Positions 9,193 through 18,661 are shown, numbered from the stretch's first letter. The stretch: DNA of 47,341 nt from Candidatus Cloacimonadota bacterium (GCA_030592835.1 JAUVIJ010000001.1:1-47341), one strand, 5' to 3'. The notes: generated from the sequence alone by a model not told the origin. A program made the numbers and translations.

Positions 9193-11085
9193 ATGAAAAT
9201 AATTTCCCTCTTTCTTTGCTCATTAGTATTAATGAGTTGTGCTGGTATTTCCCAGAACGATAAGCCCGGGACTGTCCAAGATTTTAACTCCAGGGCATTG
9301 TTTTATTATTCCCTGGCTGAAAGCTCAATTCAGATGAAAAACCTGCCAGATGCTATAATCCTGCTGAAAAAAGCCGAAATTGAAGATGAGAACAACCTGG
9401 AGATCAGGGAAAGACTGACAGAAGTCATGAGCATGGCATCTTTATACGAACTCGTTACTCAACAGGAAATTATCGCTCTCGGAGAAAAATATTACCGTCA
9501 GGATAAACATACGGCAAAAATCCTGAGATTCCTGGCAGAAGCCTACAGAAAAACCGAACAATTCGAAAACGCTGATAAATATTTAAAAATAGCCCTGCAA
9601 CTGGAATCTTCGCAGAGAAATTACTCTACCTATTATTTCTTTCAGAAGACCTACTTCAACAATACCGACACTTTGTTGCTGGAAAAGGCTCTGGCTTCTC
9701 CCTGGGAAAGAAAGGAAGATGTGGTCAGGATCGCTCATTATTACTCGGAGTTCAACCTTGATAGAGCAATAGAAATTCTAATCGAAGGATACGAAAAGTG
9801 GGACGATCTCACAACTCTATCGGCATTGCTTCAATACTATAATGATACTGGTGGAAGCAGCGAGATCATTGAACTTTTACAGAATCGAGTAGATCGAAAT
9901 CTGAAGCTTGCACCCAATATGCAGAATTACCTGATCGCTTATTACTTCAATACCTTTCAGAATGATAAGATCCTGTTAAATCAACAAATCTGTCTGGAAA
10001 GCGAATCAGAACAAATACTAAAATTTCTTTTCTTTGCCGGACTCAGTCAGAGTGATTACCAGGTGACCATCAAAGCCGGCCACTTGCTGGAAGATCTGGA
10101 TAACACAGATCCCGGATTTGACAATACCCTGAAAGGCTATCTTGGTTATTCTTATTTCAAGGAAAAACATGATAACATGGCTCTGGAATATTTTCTTGAA
10201 ACAGATAGTATCGATGTGATTATGGAGATTTTTCATGATCTGGCCTCTGATTCCCTCGAAACAGAAAGAACTATGCAATTACTTGATAATTATACTTTAA
10301 AACATCCTAATCATGATCTGACGAATTTAGTTTCGGGTTATACCTATGCACTTCTGGAAATGACAGCAGAAGCTGGTGAAAGACTGGATAGGATAAGCTT
10401 TGATTTTCTCGAGGAAAATGATTTTGTGTTGCCTGTCGCTCTTACTTATGTCGATAGACTGAATGATCCCGGAAAAGCCAGGGAACTCCTCTCGAAGAGA
10501 GAAAACCCGGATCCCTCTCTGGAAGAATTTTTCGCAATTTACTATTATGATTCCCGCCAGGATTCACTGGCTTACGAATACATTATCCAGGTTTTAATGG
10601 ATGAGAAAAAACCGGATGTAAGCATATATCTACTTTCATCATTTCTGGCAGAGAGAATGGATAAGGTCAGTGATATTTTACCATATTTGGAAAAAGGACC
10701 TCTTGATCATCCTGACAATCCCGAAATGATGAATATGCTGGGGTATCTGATCGCCAATAATGGAATTTCAGAAAAATACACTCTTGCGGAAGATTTGATC
10801 AAAGGTGCTTTGGAGATCTCGCCGGATAACGGTATGATCTGGGACAGTCTGGCCTGGTTGTATTATCAGAAAGAGCAATACGGAGAAGCCCTCGAGGCTA
10901 TGCAGATTCTACTGGATTCCCAGATAGAAAACAGTGAAATTGCCTATCACCTCGGTGCAATCTACTATTTCTTGGAAAATAAAGCTGAAGCTGTCAGGTA
11001 TTTGACCATGGCAGTTGAGCTGAAGAATGATGATAAAGCAGTAAAAAAAGCTATAGAATTTCTTGAATTGATATATTCAGAATAA
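9193..11085 (+). CDS. TPR-repeat lipoprotein
   Basis: Lipobox SLVLMSCAG. Repeated TPR-like A/Y/L helical pairs throughout 630 aa, for example AWLYYQKEQYGEALEAMQ and YHLGAIYYFLENKAEAVRYL. Confidence 0.6.
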   Translation: MKIISLFLCSLVLMSCAGISQNDKPGTVQDFNSRALFYYSLAESSIQMKNLPDAIILLKKAEIEDENNLEIRERLTEVMSMASLYELVTQQEIIALGEKYYRQDKHTAKILRFLAEAYRKTEQFENADKYLKIALQLESSQRNYSTYYFFQKTYFNNTDTLLLEKALASPWERKEDVVRIAHYYSEFNLDRAIEILIEGYEKWDDLTTLSALLQYYNDTGGSSEIIELLQNRVDRNLKLAPNMQNYLIAYYFNTFQNDKILLNQQICLESESEQILKFLFFAGLSQSDYQVTIKAGHLLEDLDNTDPGFDNTLKGYLGYSYFKEKHDNMALEYFLETDSIDVIMEIFHDLASDSLETERTMQLLDNYTLKHPNHDLTNLVSGYTYALLEMTAEAGERLDRISFDFLEENDFVLPVALTYVDRLNDPGKARELLSKRENPDPSLEEFFAIYYYDSRQDSLAYEYIIQVLMDEKKPDVSIYLLSSFLAERMDKVSDILPYLEKGPLDHPDNPEMMNMLGYLIANNGISEKYTLAEDLIKGALEISPDNGMIWDSLAWLYYQKEQYGEALEAMQILLDSQIENSEIAYHLGAIYYFLENKAEAVRYLTMAVELKNDDKAVKKAIEFLELIYSE

Positions 11086-11097
11086 AGTGAGGTCAAA

Positions 11098-11283
11098 ATG
11101 AAATTCGTTTTTACAAAGATCAATAAATTTTTGCTGGTAATCGGTATCCTGGTGACAATCGCTGGTTATATCATAATGAGCACCGGTGATAAAACCTTTT
11201 CTCCGATCCTGCTGGTTTTAGCATATGTTGTCATTTTCCCTGCGGCAATCCTGATCGGGACAAATAAAAAAACAGAAGAATAG
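11098..11283 (+). CDS. Small two-TM membrane protein (DUF3098-like)
   Basis: 61 aa with two hydrophobic helices flanking MSTGDK. GTGAGG upstream of the ATG. Pattern resembles DUF3098 proteins of Bacteroidota (from memory). Confidence 0.5.
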   Translation: MKFVFTKINKFLLVIGILVTIAGYIIMSTGDKTFSPILLVLAYVVIFPAAILIGTNKKTEE

Positions 11284-11290
11284 CACAACT

Positions 11291-12178
11291 ATGCAAAGTA
11301 AATTTCTTTCGGAAGAATTCATCGCCAAGATCGATAAATTCAATCTTCGGGCCAGATTGATAGTGGAGGGATTTATTGTCGGTCTGCATAAATCTCCCTA
11401 TCATGGGTTTAGTGTGGAATTTTCCGACCACAGGCAGTATATTCCCGGCGATCCGATCCGGAGAGTGGATTGGAAAGTTTACGCTAAAACAAATAAATAT
11501 TATATCAAGCGCTATGAAGAGGAAACCAATCTCAAATCCTATATAATCGTCGATCATAGCAATTCTATGGGTTATACTTCTGGTAAAATCAGTAAGCTCG
11601 AATATGCCAAAGCTCTGGCTTCGGCTCTGGGATATCTGATGCTCTCACAACAGGATGCTGTAGGATTACTTACCTATACCGACGTGATCACGAGTTATAT
11701 TCCCCCGAGATCGGTAAGATCTTATCTAAATATCATCTTCAAGGAACTCTTCAAATTGAAACCTCAGGACCGGACACAAACAGCGGACATCCTGCATTCA
11801 CTGGCAGACAGGATCAAGAAGAGAGGTCTGATCATCCTGATCTCCGATATGATCGACGATCCGGATAAAATCCTTCAGGGTTTACAACATTTCAGGCACC
11901 AAAAACACGAAGTGATCCTTTTTCATATTCAAGATCAGCAGGAATTGAGTTTTGATTTTAAAAGAGAAACCGAATTTATCGATGCCGAGACTAATGAGAA
12001 GATCGTAGTCAATCCCTGGCAGATAAGAAAAGACTACCAGGAATCATACCAGGAAGTCGTCAGATACCTGAAAACCAAATGTCACGAAGCCTTTATTGAA
12101 TACAATCCTATCTCTACATCGACACCTTTCGAACAGAGTTTGCTGCAGTACCTCGCCAAAAGATCAAAATTGATGTAA
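11291..12178 (+). CDS. DUF58 domain protein (vWA-like, MoxR-associated family)
   Basis: Hallmark F.DHRQYIPGDPIRRVDWKVYAKT followed by a vWA-like region (IVDHSNSMGY). Confidence 0.75.
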   Translation: MQSKFLSEEFIAKIDKFNLRARLIVEGFIVGLHKSPYHGFSVEFSDHRQYIPGDPIRRVDWKVYAKTNKYYIKRYEEETNLKSYIIVDHSNSMGYTSGKISKLEYAKALASALGYLMLSQQDAVGLLTYTDVITSYIPPRSVRSYLNIIFKELFKLKPQDRTQTADILHSLADRIKKRGLIILISDMIDDPDKILQGLQHFRHQKHEVILFHIQDQQELSFDFKRETEFIDAETNEKIVVNPWQIRKDYQESYQEVVRYLKTKCHEAFIEYNPISTSTPFEQSLLQYLAKRSKLM

Positions 12179-12190
12179 TCGCTTGGTGTG

Positions 12191-13396
12191 CTATCTCATT
12201 AAGATCATTTTCTTTGTGTCCGACGCTTTTTTTCCATGTAATTTATAAAGATAAATACCGGTGGGAACTTTGATATCCTGTTCATCACTTCCGTTCCAAA
12301 ATACTTCCCCACGTTCGTCCAACAGTAAAGATCTGATCAATTGACCTTTGATATTATAGATCTCTATCGTCCTACTACTTAGTCCCGAAACATCACATCG
12401 GATCCTCGTCGAACTAGAAAAGGGGTTCGGTTGATTATACAGAATAAGCTCCATTGCCAGGATCTGTTTTTTGTCTGATGATACTGTATAACCGGTTAGA
12501 ATATAGACACCATCATTTGTACAGGCAACAATATTATTACAGTTTATGAGGGGATTGTAGATGATATTATTTATCGTGAAATCCGGTAAACCCTCATTGT
12601 AATAGATCAACTCCCGGTTATCAGGAATATACATGGCAATACCCTGGGGATCTTCTTTCCAACCCACAAAAATGTTGTTCTCAAGATCGACCCAGACCGA
12701 ACTCATATCGGTATCCCAGAATTCGACACCCCAAGTCTGTCCGCCATTATCAGAAGACCATAGACCTGAAGAATAGGATCCATCGGGATAAATCCCATAA
12801 AGAGTGCCATTTTGATCGAAAATGACATCAGACAGGAAAATATAAGCCTCCGATTGTTCCCAGTTCAGCCCTCCGTCCTGGGAATAATAGGTGTCTGTTC
12901 CCGTTGTTACCACAAGATTTTCATTCCTGCAGGCTATAGCATAACAGTCCATTCCCTCAAAAAATGAAACTGGTTCCCAGGTCAGACCATCAGAAGAGCA
13001 GAGAAGCCCTTCTTCTCCCCCAGCATAGATGCATTCTCCCGTTTGGTAGTACTGAATAAATCGCGGGTTCATCAGCCAGTAAAGATTCAAGAATTCCTGA
13101 GTGCTGCAGGTAAAAAGGTAAATCCCGTCGGAATCAGAGCCATCACCCATGACAACTATCATCCCTTCCGGGTAGTCCGGAGTAGGAATCGCACCCCAGA
13201 CCGGTAGATTTCCATAAGAACATTCCACCCATTCTTCCCCATCGAAGAACATTACTCCCGTATCAATACAGATCAGTTCCATAGATCCATAGCAGACATT
13301 GTAAGCTGTGATACCCGATGGACTCATACTTTCCCAAAGGTAAGCGTTCAATAACAAGGGAAGGATCAGGAATAGAATTAGAATTGTCTTTTTCAT
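12191..13396 (-). CDS. Secreted BNR/Ycf48-like beta-propeller protein with T9SS C-terminal sorting domain
   Basis: BNR motifs SQDGGLNWE and SDNGGQTWG. C-terminal domain (CTD) NQPNPFSS...IEIYNIKGQLI...GIYLYKL. Start set to ATG 13396 (MKKTIL signal peptide, GGAGG 5 nt upstream) rather than the track TTG at 13408. Confidence 0.7.
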   Translation of the reverse strand: MKKTILILFLILPLLLNAYLWESMSPSGITAYNVCYGSMELICIDTGVMFFDGEEWVECSYGNLPVWGAIPTPDYPEGMIVVMGDGSDSDGIYLFTCSTQEFLNLYWLMNPRFIQYYQTGECIYAGGEEGLLCSSDGLTWEPVSFFEGMDCYAIACRNENLVVTTGTDTYYSQDGGLNWEQSEAYIFLSDVIFDQNGTLYGIYPDGSYSSGLWSSDNGGQTWGVEFWDTDMSSVWVDLENNIFVGWKEDPQGIAMYIPDNRELIYYNEGLPDFTINNIIYNPLINCNNIVACTNDGVYILTGYTVSSDKKQILAMELILYNQPNPFSSSTRIRCDVSGLSSRTIEIYNIKGQLIRSLLLDERGEVFWNGSDEQDIKVPTGIYLYKLHGKKASDTKKMILMR

Positions 13397-13483
13397 GATA
13401 ACCTCCAAATTTATATGGGTTAAACCCAGATATTGCAGTAGAACTATGCTTATAAATCTTTTATGTGTTAGTGATATTTCCTG

Positions 13484-14743
13484 TTATCTCATAAACAGGA
13501 TCTTTTTCAGTTGCGAATTCCTTTTGTCAATACTCAAACGGTACAGATAAACACCTGTATCAACCAGGTTGTTGCTACTGTCGGTCCCAGCCCAGGTAAA
13601 ATAGTTACCGTTGATATTTTCTTTAGAGATCTTTTTGACCAACTGCCCTTTTATATTATAGATGACGACATGATCGGCAGGATTTTCCCGATCTGAATTA
13701 TAGGTGAAGGTTACATGTGTGGATATTCCTGCAAATACAAAAGGATTGGGAAAACAGTTGAGTTCGATGGAATTATCCACCAGATTTTCGTCATTTGTGC
13801 TTACTTGATAATTATTCAACATATAAGCGCCGCCATTGGTACAGGCTATAATATTTACACAGTCGATCAGCGGGTGATAGGTAAGTTTATAAATATCAAG
13901 ATAAGGAAGTCCTTCGTTCATTTCTTCGATAGTATTTGTGACAGGATCCCAGATACCCACCCCGGTCTGGCGGTTGAATGTCTCCGGTCCCCAGCCTACG
14001 AACAGATTACCGTCAAAATTAGTGCTTATGCATCTCATTTCATAAGAATAATATAGTTGATACCAGGAAGCTCCATAATCCTGAGACATCCAGATCCCGG
14101 ATGTATCTAAATCCCCGGGAAATATTCCATACAGGGTTTCTCCTGTGAAAAAGATCATATCGGAAACATGGGGGGAAGTCTCACTTTCATACCAGGTCGC
14201 TCCGTAATCATCTGAATAATGAACACCATAAATGTTCCCGGTATTACCGACAACCAGATGTTCATTCAGATAGGCAAAAGTTGTGCAATATTTACCGTTA
14301 AAATATTCCACACCCTGCCAGTAAATGCCATCACTGGATTCCAGCAACCCATAATAGTATCCTGCGTAATATTTGCCGTTGGAAGAACAATAAGTTATAA
14401 AAGAGGGATAATAACACCAGTTCAAAACTTCAAACACGTGAGTGATTAAATTAAACTTATAAATTCCGTCTGACCAGCTTCCACCAGCCATGATCACCAA
14501 CACTTCATCCCCGCTTAGATCTTCAGCACTCAGAACCGGCAAATTCCCGTTGGAATAGTTATACCAACCGTCATTTTCATAGAGATAAAGCCCGTCCTCA
14601 GCACAGATCATCTCACAGAAAGTGCCGGTTTCATTGACGTAAAAATCATAAGTATCTATATATTGTGGACCAAAACTCGTCCAAGTATAGGGAAAGATCA
14701 TGATCGGAAAAATCATTAACAGAAATAAAGAAATATGTTTCAT
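13484..14743 (-). CDS. Secreted BNR/Ycf48-like beta-propeller protein with T9SS C-terminal sorting domain (tandem paralog)
   Basis: BNR motifs SDDYGATWY and SQDYGASWY. CTD CFPNPF...VVIYNIKGQLV...GVYLYRL. GGAGG upstream. Collinear with the neighbouring gene. Confidence 0.7.
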   Translation of the reverse strand: MKHISLFLLMIFPIMIFPYTWTSFGPQYIDTYDFYVNETGTFCEMICAEDGLYLYENDGWYNYSNGNLPVLSAEDLSGDEVLVIMAGGSWSDGIYKFNLITHVFEVLNWCYYPSFITYCSSNGKYYAGYYYGLLESSDGIYWQGVEYFNGKYCTTFAYLNEHLVVGNTGNIYGVHYSDDYGATWYESETSPHVSDMIFFTGETLYGIFPGDLDTSGIWMSQDYGASWYQLYYSYEMRCISTNFDGNLFVGWGPETFNRQTGVGIWDPVTNTIEEMNEGLPYLDIYKLTYHPLIDCVNIIACTNGGAYMLNNYQVSTNDENLVDNSIELNCFPNPFVFAGISTHVTFTYNSDRENPADHVVIYNIKGQLVKKISKENINGNYFTWAGTDSSNNLVDTGVYLYRLSIDKRNSQLKKILFMR

Positions 14744-15060
14744 CTAATCCTCCAAAATAAAATATTTGTTTATCTACTATAAGTATTACTTAATTCCCTG
14801 ATTATATAGAAATTATAGCAAAAAATATTCCAGGAGCAAATTTTTCTGGGTTTGGAATATGATTACTGTAGTAATGTTGTTTTTTAGGTGATCATGTTAA
14901 TCGTACTCTCGATATTAATGCTCACTGTAGTATTTAAAGGTCAATTTCGTTTACAGATTAAGGTTTATGTAATTCATCTAATAATCACCTCTAAAATATT
15001 TGACAAAGACCAGATAGTAAAAGGTATTGGCTTTGCTAATTATCACTAAGGGATGTTACT

Positions 15061-16257
15061 ATGAAGTTTGAGAAAGAATTGAAGATAATCCGCAAGGGTG
15101 TCACAGAGTTAATTACAGAAGCCGAATTGATAAAAAAATTAGAAAAGGCGGAGTCCTCCGGGAAACCATTACGAATAAAATACGGGATCGATCCTACCGG
15201 TTATGACGTGCATATCGGTCATCTCGTTCCCATTCGCAAAATGCGTGATTTCCAGGATCTGGGACATCTCGGCATCATCATCATCGGCGATTTTACCGCC
15301 ACGATCGGGGATCCTACTGGCAAGGATGAGTCCCGACCAACCCTGACCCCGGAGCAAGTGAAAATCAATGCAGAAAAATACATGGACCAGCTTTATACAG
15401 TGCTTGATCCTGATAAAACTGAAGTCCGCTGGCAAACGGAGTGGTTTGGACCAATGACAATGAAAGATGTGATCGGTCTCATGAGTAAATTCACCCTGGC
15501 TCAATTCATGGCTCACGAAACTTTCAGAAAAAGATATGAAGAAGGTCTACCGCTGGGAATGAATGAATTGATGTATCCGGTTTTGCAGGCGTACGATTCT
15601 TATGCAATCGAAGCGGATGTAGAGTTAGGCGCAACTGAGCAGAAATTCAATATCCTGTCAGGAAGGGATATGCAGAGATATTTTGGGATGGAGGAACAGA
15701 TCGCGATTTTAACTCCAATTTTGATGGGAACCGATGGTAAGGAGAAAATGAGCAAAAGTCTGAACAATTATATTGCTGTTTTCGATACTCCCGGGGATAA
15801 ATTCGGTAAAACCATGTCCATCCCTGATGATATGATCGTAAATTACTACAAATATGCGACCCAATTGAGTCTGGATGAGATCGAAAATATCAGTAAGCAA
15901 CTGCAGGAAAGCCATGTAAATCCCATGGTAATTAAAAAACGCCTAGCTTATGAAATCGTCAGGATCTACCATGGTGAAAAGGAAGCCGAGCAGGCACAAA
16001 GTGAGTTTGAACAGGTCTTCAGTAAAAAAGAACTGCCCGAGGATATGCCGGTCTACAAACTTCAGGAAAACAGTATCAGTATTATGGATGTACTTGTAAA
16101 AAACGGTGTCTGTACTTCCAATGGCGAAGTGAAACGACTGATTAAACAGAACGCCGTCAGTGTTGACGGCAATAAGATAAATGATATTTTCCTTGAAATA
16201 GATGGGGAAGTTATAATCAAAGTTGGTAAGAGAAGATTTTTGAAGATAGAGAAATAA
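15061..16257 (+). CDS. tyrS: Tyrosine--tRNA ligase
   Basis: Class I motifs HIGH (DVHIGHL) and KMSKS (KMSKSLNN). C-terminal S4-like domain (EVKRLIKQNAVSVDGNKI). 398 aa. Confidence 0.9.
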   Translation: MKFEKELKIIRKGVTELITEAELIKKLEKAESSGKPLRIKYGIDPTGYDVHIGHLVPIRKMRDFQDLGHLGIIIIGDFTATIGDPTGKDESRPTLTPEQVKINAEKYMDQLYTVLDPDKTEVRWQTEWFGPMTMKDVIGLMSKFTLAQFMAHETFRKRYEEGLPLGMNELMYPVLQAYDSYAIEADVELGATEQKFNILSGRDMQRYFGMEEQIAILTPILMGTDGKEKMSKSLNNYIAVFDTPGDKFGKTMSIPDDMIVNYYKYATQLSLDEIENISKQLQESHVNPMVIKKRLAYEIVRIYHGEKEAEQAQSEFEQVFSKKELPEDMPVYKLQENSISIMDVLVKNGVCTSNGEVKRLIKQNAVSVDGNKINDIFLEIDGEVIIKVGKRRFLKIEK

Positions 16258-16298
16258 GTTTACCCAATCTGAAGTAGGAATGTAATAAGGATGATAAA

Positions 16299-16949
16299 AT
16301 GACTTCATTTACAAATTTGTTAGTGCAACTGCCGATTCTTCTTTTCACTATAACCATACATGAATTCAGTCATGGCTATGTTGCCTATATGCTGGGAGAT
16401 GATACTGCAAAACGTGCTGGGAGGTTGACACTAAATCCGATCTCACACATAGACCCTATCGGTTTGATCATGCTCTTTATAGCCAGGTTCGGCTGGGCCA
16501 AGCCAGTTCCGATCAATCCGCACAATTTTCAGAATTACAAACGTGACATGGCTATTTCCGCTGCTGCCGGTCCTGCAGCCAATTTTATCATGGCTATTAT
16601 TCTTTCTCTGATATTTAACGCAATCAAAAATGCAAATCCGGAAATCCTCTACTACAGCAGCAATAGCACTCAATTCTGGTTAGGTATGCTCATATACGCT
16701 ATCCTGATCAACCTGGCTCTCGGTCTTTTCAATTTGATTCCCATTCCACCGATGGATGGTTCCAAAATACTCGGAGGTTTTCTTTCCGATGAAGCCTATT
16801 TTCGTTACACAGCCAAAGAAAGGCAGGGAGCACAGATTTTGATGATCATCATCGTAGTCTCAATCGTTTTCAGACTTAATCTTATCGGATCGATCATCAT
16901 GCCTCCTTTGAACTTCCTGCTTAATTTGTTAACCGGAATAACCCTTTAA
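16299..16949 (+). CDS. Site-2 protease family (M50) membrane metalloprotease
   Basis: HEFSHGYVA (HExxH) inside TM1 and a downstream LIPIPPMDGSKIL motif. Multi-TM, 216 aa. Confidence 0.8.
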   Translation: MTSFTNLLVQLPILLFTITIHEFSHGYVAYMLGDDTAKRAGRLTLNPISHIDPIGLIMLFIARFGWAKPVPINPHNFQNYKRDMAISAAAGPAANFIMAIILSLIFNAIKNANPEILYYSSNSTQFWLGMLIYAILINLALGLFNLIPIPPMDGSKILGGFLSDEAYFRYTAKERQGAQILMIIIVVSIVFRLNLIGSIIMPPLNFLLNLLTGITL

Positions 16950-16962
16950 AACTGGAGTTAAC

Positions 16963-18387
16963 ATGACCCTGGAAGAAGTAAAAAAACTGATCTCAGAAAA
17001 GAACATTAAATCCATAGACCTTAAATACCCCGACCTTGTCTGCAACTGGTATCATATATCCTTTCCTGTTCGCAGGCTGGATTATGTTATGCAGCAAGGT
17101 ATTCCCTTCGATGGTTCCAGTATTCCCGGCTTGAAATCTGTTGAATCGGGAGATATGATCCTGATACCCGATCTGAACACTGCTATTGTTGATCCTTTCC
17201 TGGAAACTCCTACCCTGAGAATGCTCTGTTATGTCTGCGATGCCGACTCCAGAATAGGAACGAAAAAGGATCCTCGCAGTGTTGCTAAACGTGCTCAGGA
17301 ATATTTGGAGAGTACTGGAATAGCTGATAAATCCTGCTGGATCCCCGAGTTTGAATTTTACCTGTTTAACGAGGCAATCATTAATAACGGCAGGTTCAGT
17401 GCCGGTTATAGTTTTACTTCCACTGAGAACAAGGAAGATCTTCCGGGAAGTTACAAAGACATTGATGGTACCGCTGTTGCCAACCGCAAGGGTTATCATA
17501 TAGATATACCTTTTGATAAATACGTTCATGTGAGAGAGCAGATGGTTCAACTGATCGAAGATATCGGTTGTCCGGTACGATATCATCATCACGAGGTAGG
17601 GTTGTCGGGACAGCAGGAGATCGAGACCGAAATGATCGATTTCGAAGATATCAGCGATAAAATGATGTATATTAAGGATATAATCCATAACTGCGCTCTT
17701 GAAAACGATCTCACTGCTACCTTCATGCCAAAACCTCTTTACGACGAACCCGGTAACGGTATGCATTTTCATATTCAGCTTCGTAAGAAAGGAAAGAATC
17801 TGTTCTACCAAAAAGGTGGCTATGCCGATCTTTCCGAGGAGGCATTGTTCTTTATCGGTGGTATTCTCAAGCACGGTCGCTCACTCACGGCATTTACAAA
17901 TCCAAGCACAAATTCATATAAAAGATTATTACCTGGTTTCGAAGCTCCGGTGAAACTGTTTTTCGGCCTGGCAAACCGCAGTGCCACTATCAGAATCCCG
18001 AAATATGCCACCAGTCCGGAAACAAAAAGAATCGAATTTCGCACGAGTGACGGCACCTGCAATTATTATCTTGCTATGAGTGCTTTACTGATGGCTGGTC
18101 TTGATGGGATAAAGAACCGGATCATGCCGACTCGGGAAAACGGATATGGACCCTATGATGATAATGTCTTTTCCTGGAGCGAAGAGCAACAATCCAAATT
18201 ACATGCTATTCCTACATCATTAGAAGAAGCCCTGCAGGCTCTTGAGGATGATCATCAATATCTTATCGCTGGTGATGTCTTTAACGAAGAGCTGATCTCA
18301 AGCTGGATAACAGAAAAGACCAAGGAAGTCCTGGCTGTCCGCAACCGACCTCATCCCTTCGAAATGAATCTATATTATAATATCTAG
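16963..18387 (+). CDS. glnA: Glutamine synthetase, type I
   Basis: 474 aa. GS beta-grasp and catalytic regions recognisable (FDGSSIPG, HHHEV, NGMHFH, NSYKRL, RIPK, EFRTSD). TAG stop at 18385-18387. Confidence 0.9.
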   Translation: MTLEEVKKLISEKNIKSIDLKYPDLVCNWYHISFPVRRLDYVMQQGIPFDGSSIPGLKSVESGDMILIPDLNTAIVDPFLETPTLRMLCYVCDADSRIGTKKDPRSVAKRAQEYLESTGIADKSCWIPEFEFYLFNEAIINNGRFSAGYSFTSTENKEDLPGSYKDIDGTAVANRKGYHIDIPFDKYVHVREQMVQLIEDIGCPVRYHHHEVGLSGQQEIETEMIDFEDISDKMMYIKDIIHNCALENDLTATFMPKPLYDEPGNGMHFHIQLRKKGKNLFYQKGGYADLSEEALFFIGGILKHGRSLTAFTNPSTNSYKRLLPGFEAPVKLFFGLANRSATIRIPKYATSPETKRIEFRTSDGTCNYYLAMSALLMAGLDGIKNRIMPTRENGYGPYDDNVFSWSEEQQSKLHAIPTSLEEALQALEDDHQYLIAGDVFNEELISSWITEKTKEVLAVRNRPHPFEMNLYYNI

Positions 18388-18505
18388 ACTTAGTGTTCGA
18401 TTTCACGGATTCTCTGAAAAACTCATAATCATATTGGGTCATGTATTGTTAAAAAAAGATAATGCAATAGAACTTTGCAAATAGTTATTGTATGCTGACT
18501 GATAA

Positions 18506-18577
18506 AACCTTCCGATCTTTATCTGAAAGCAGACTCACCATAAGAAAGATCGGAAGGTTATATTATCCCAGATAATA
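18506..18577. repeat. Two adjacent inverted repeats (potential hairpins) in the glnA 3' intergenic region
   Basis: AACCTTCCGATCTTT (18506-18520) is the exact reverse complement of AAAGATCGGAAGGTT (18545-18559), with a 24-nt loop. It is followed by TATTATC-CCA-GATAATA (18561-18577). No U-tract follows either. Confidence 0.6.
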
Positions 18578-18598
18578 CCTGGAAGTATCCGATTTTCT

Positions 18599-18637
18599 TT
18601 GACAAAATACTCTCCTTTTGTTAGACTTAATAAGTCT
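18599..18637 (+). promoter_or_regulatory. Putative sigma70-like promoter with overlapping palindromic operator
   Basis: TTGACA (18599-18604), 17-nt spacer, TAGACT (18622-18627). Perfect 7-1-7 palindrome AGACTTAaTAAGTCT (18623-18637) overlaps the -10. Lies 25 nt upstream of the lipoprotein ATG at 18662. Confidence 0.3.
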
Positions 18638-18661
18638 GATTTTCTAATTACAGGAGGTATT

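Noticed and set aside
14744-15060. T-box riboswitch or other leader upstream of tyrS.
   Set aside because: No T-box consensus (AAUUAGGGUGGUACCGCG-like) and no terminator/antiterminator pair is visible. The region is an AT-rich divergent promoter spacer. A 9-nt direct repeat ACTGTAGTA (about 14865 and 14922) is too short to interpret.
16993-17874. 293-aa ORF antisense to glnA. Similar cases: 148 aa at 7406-7852, 193 aa at 28136-28717, and many 60-130 aa ORFs opposite confident genes.
   Set aside because: They lie entirely within, and antisense to, genes with strong motif support. Their composition is low-complexity or odd, and they have no ribosome-binding sites. They are typical shadow ORFs.
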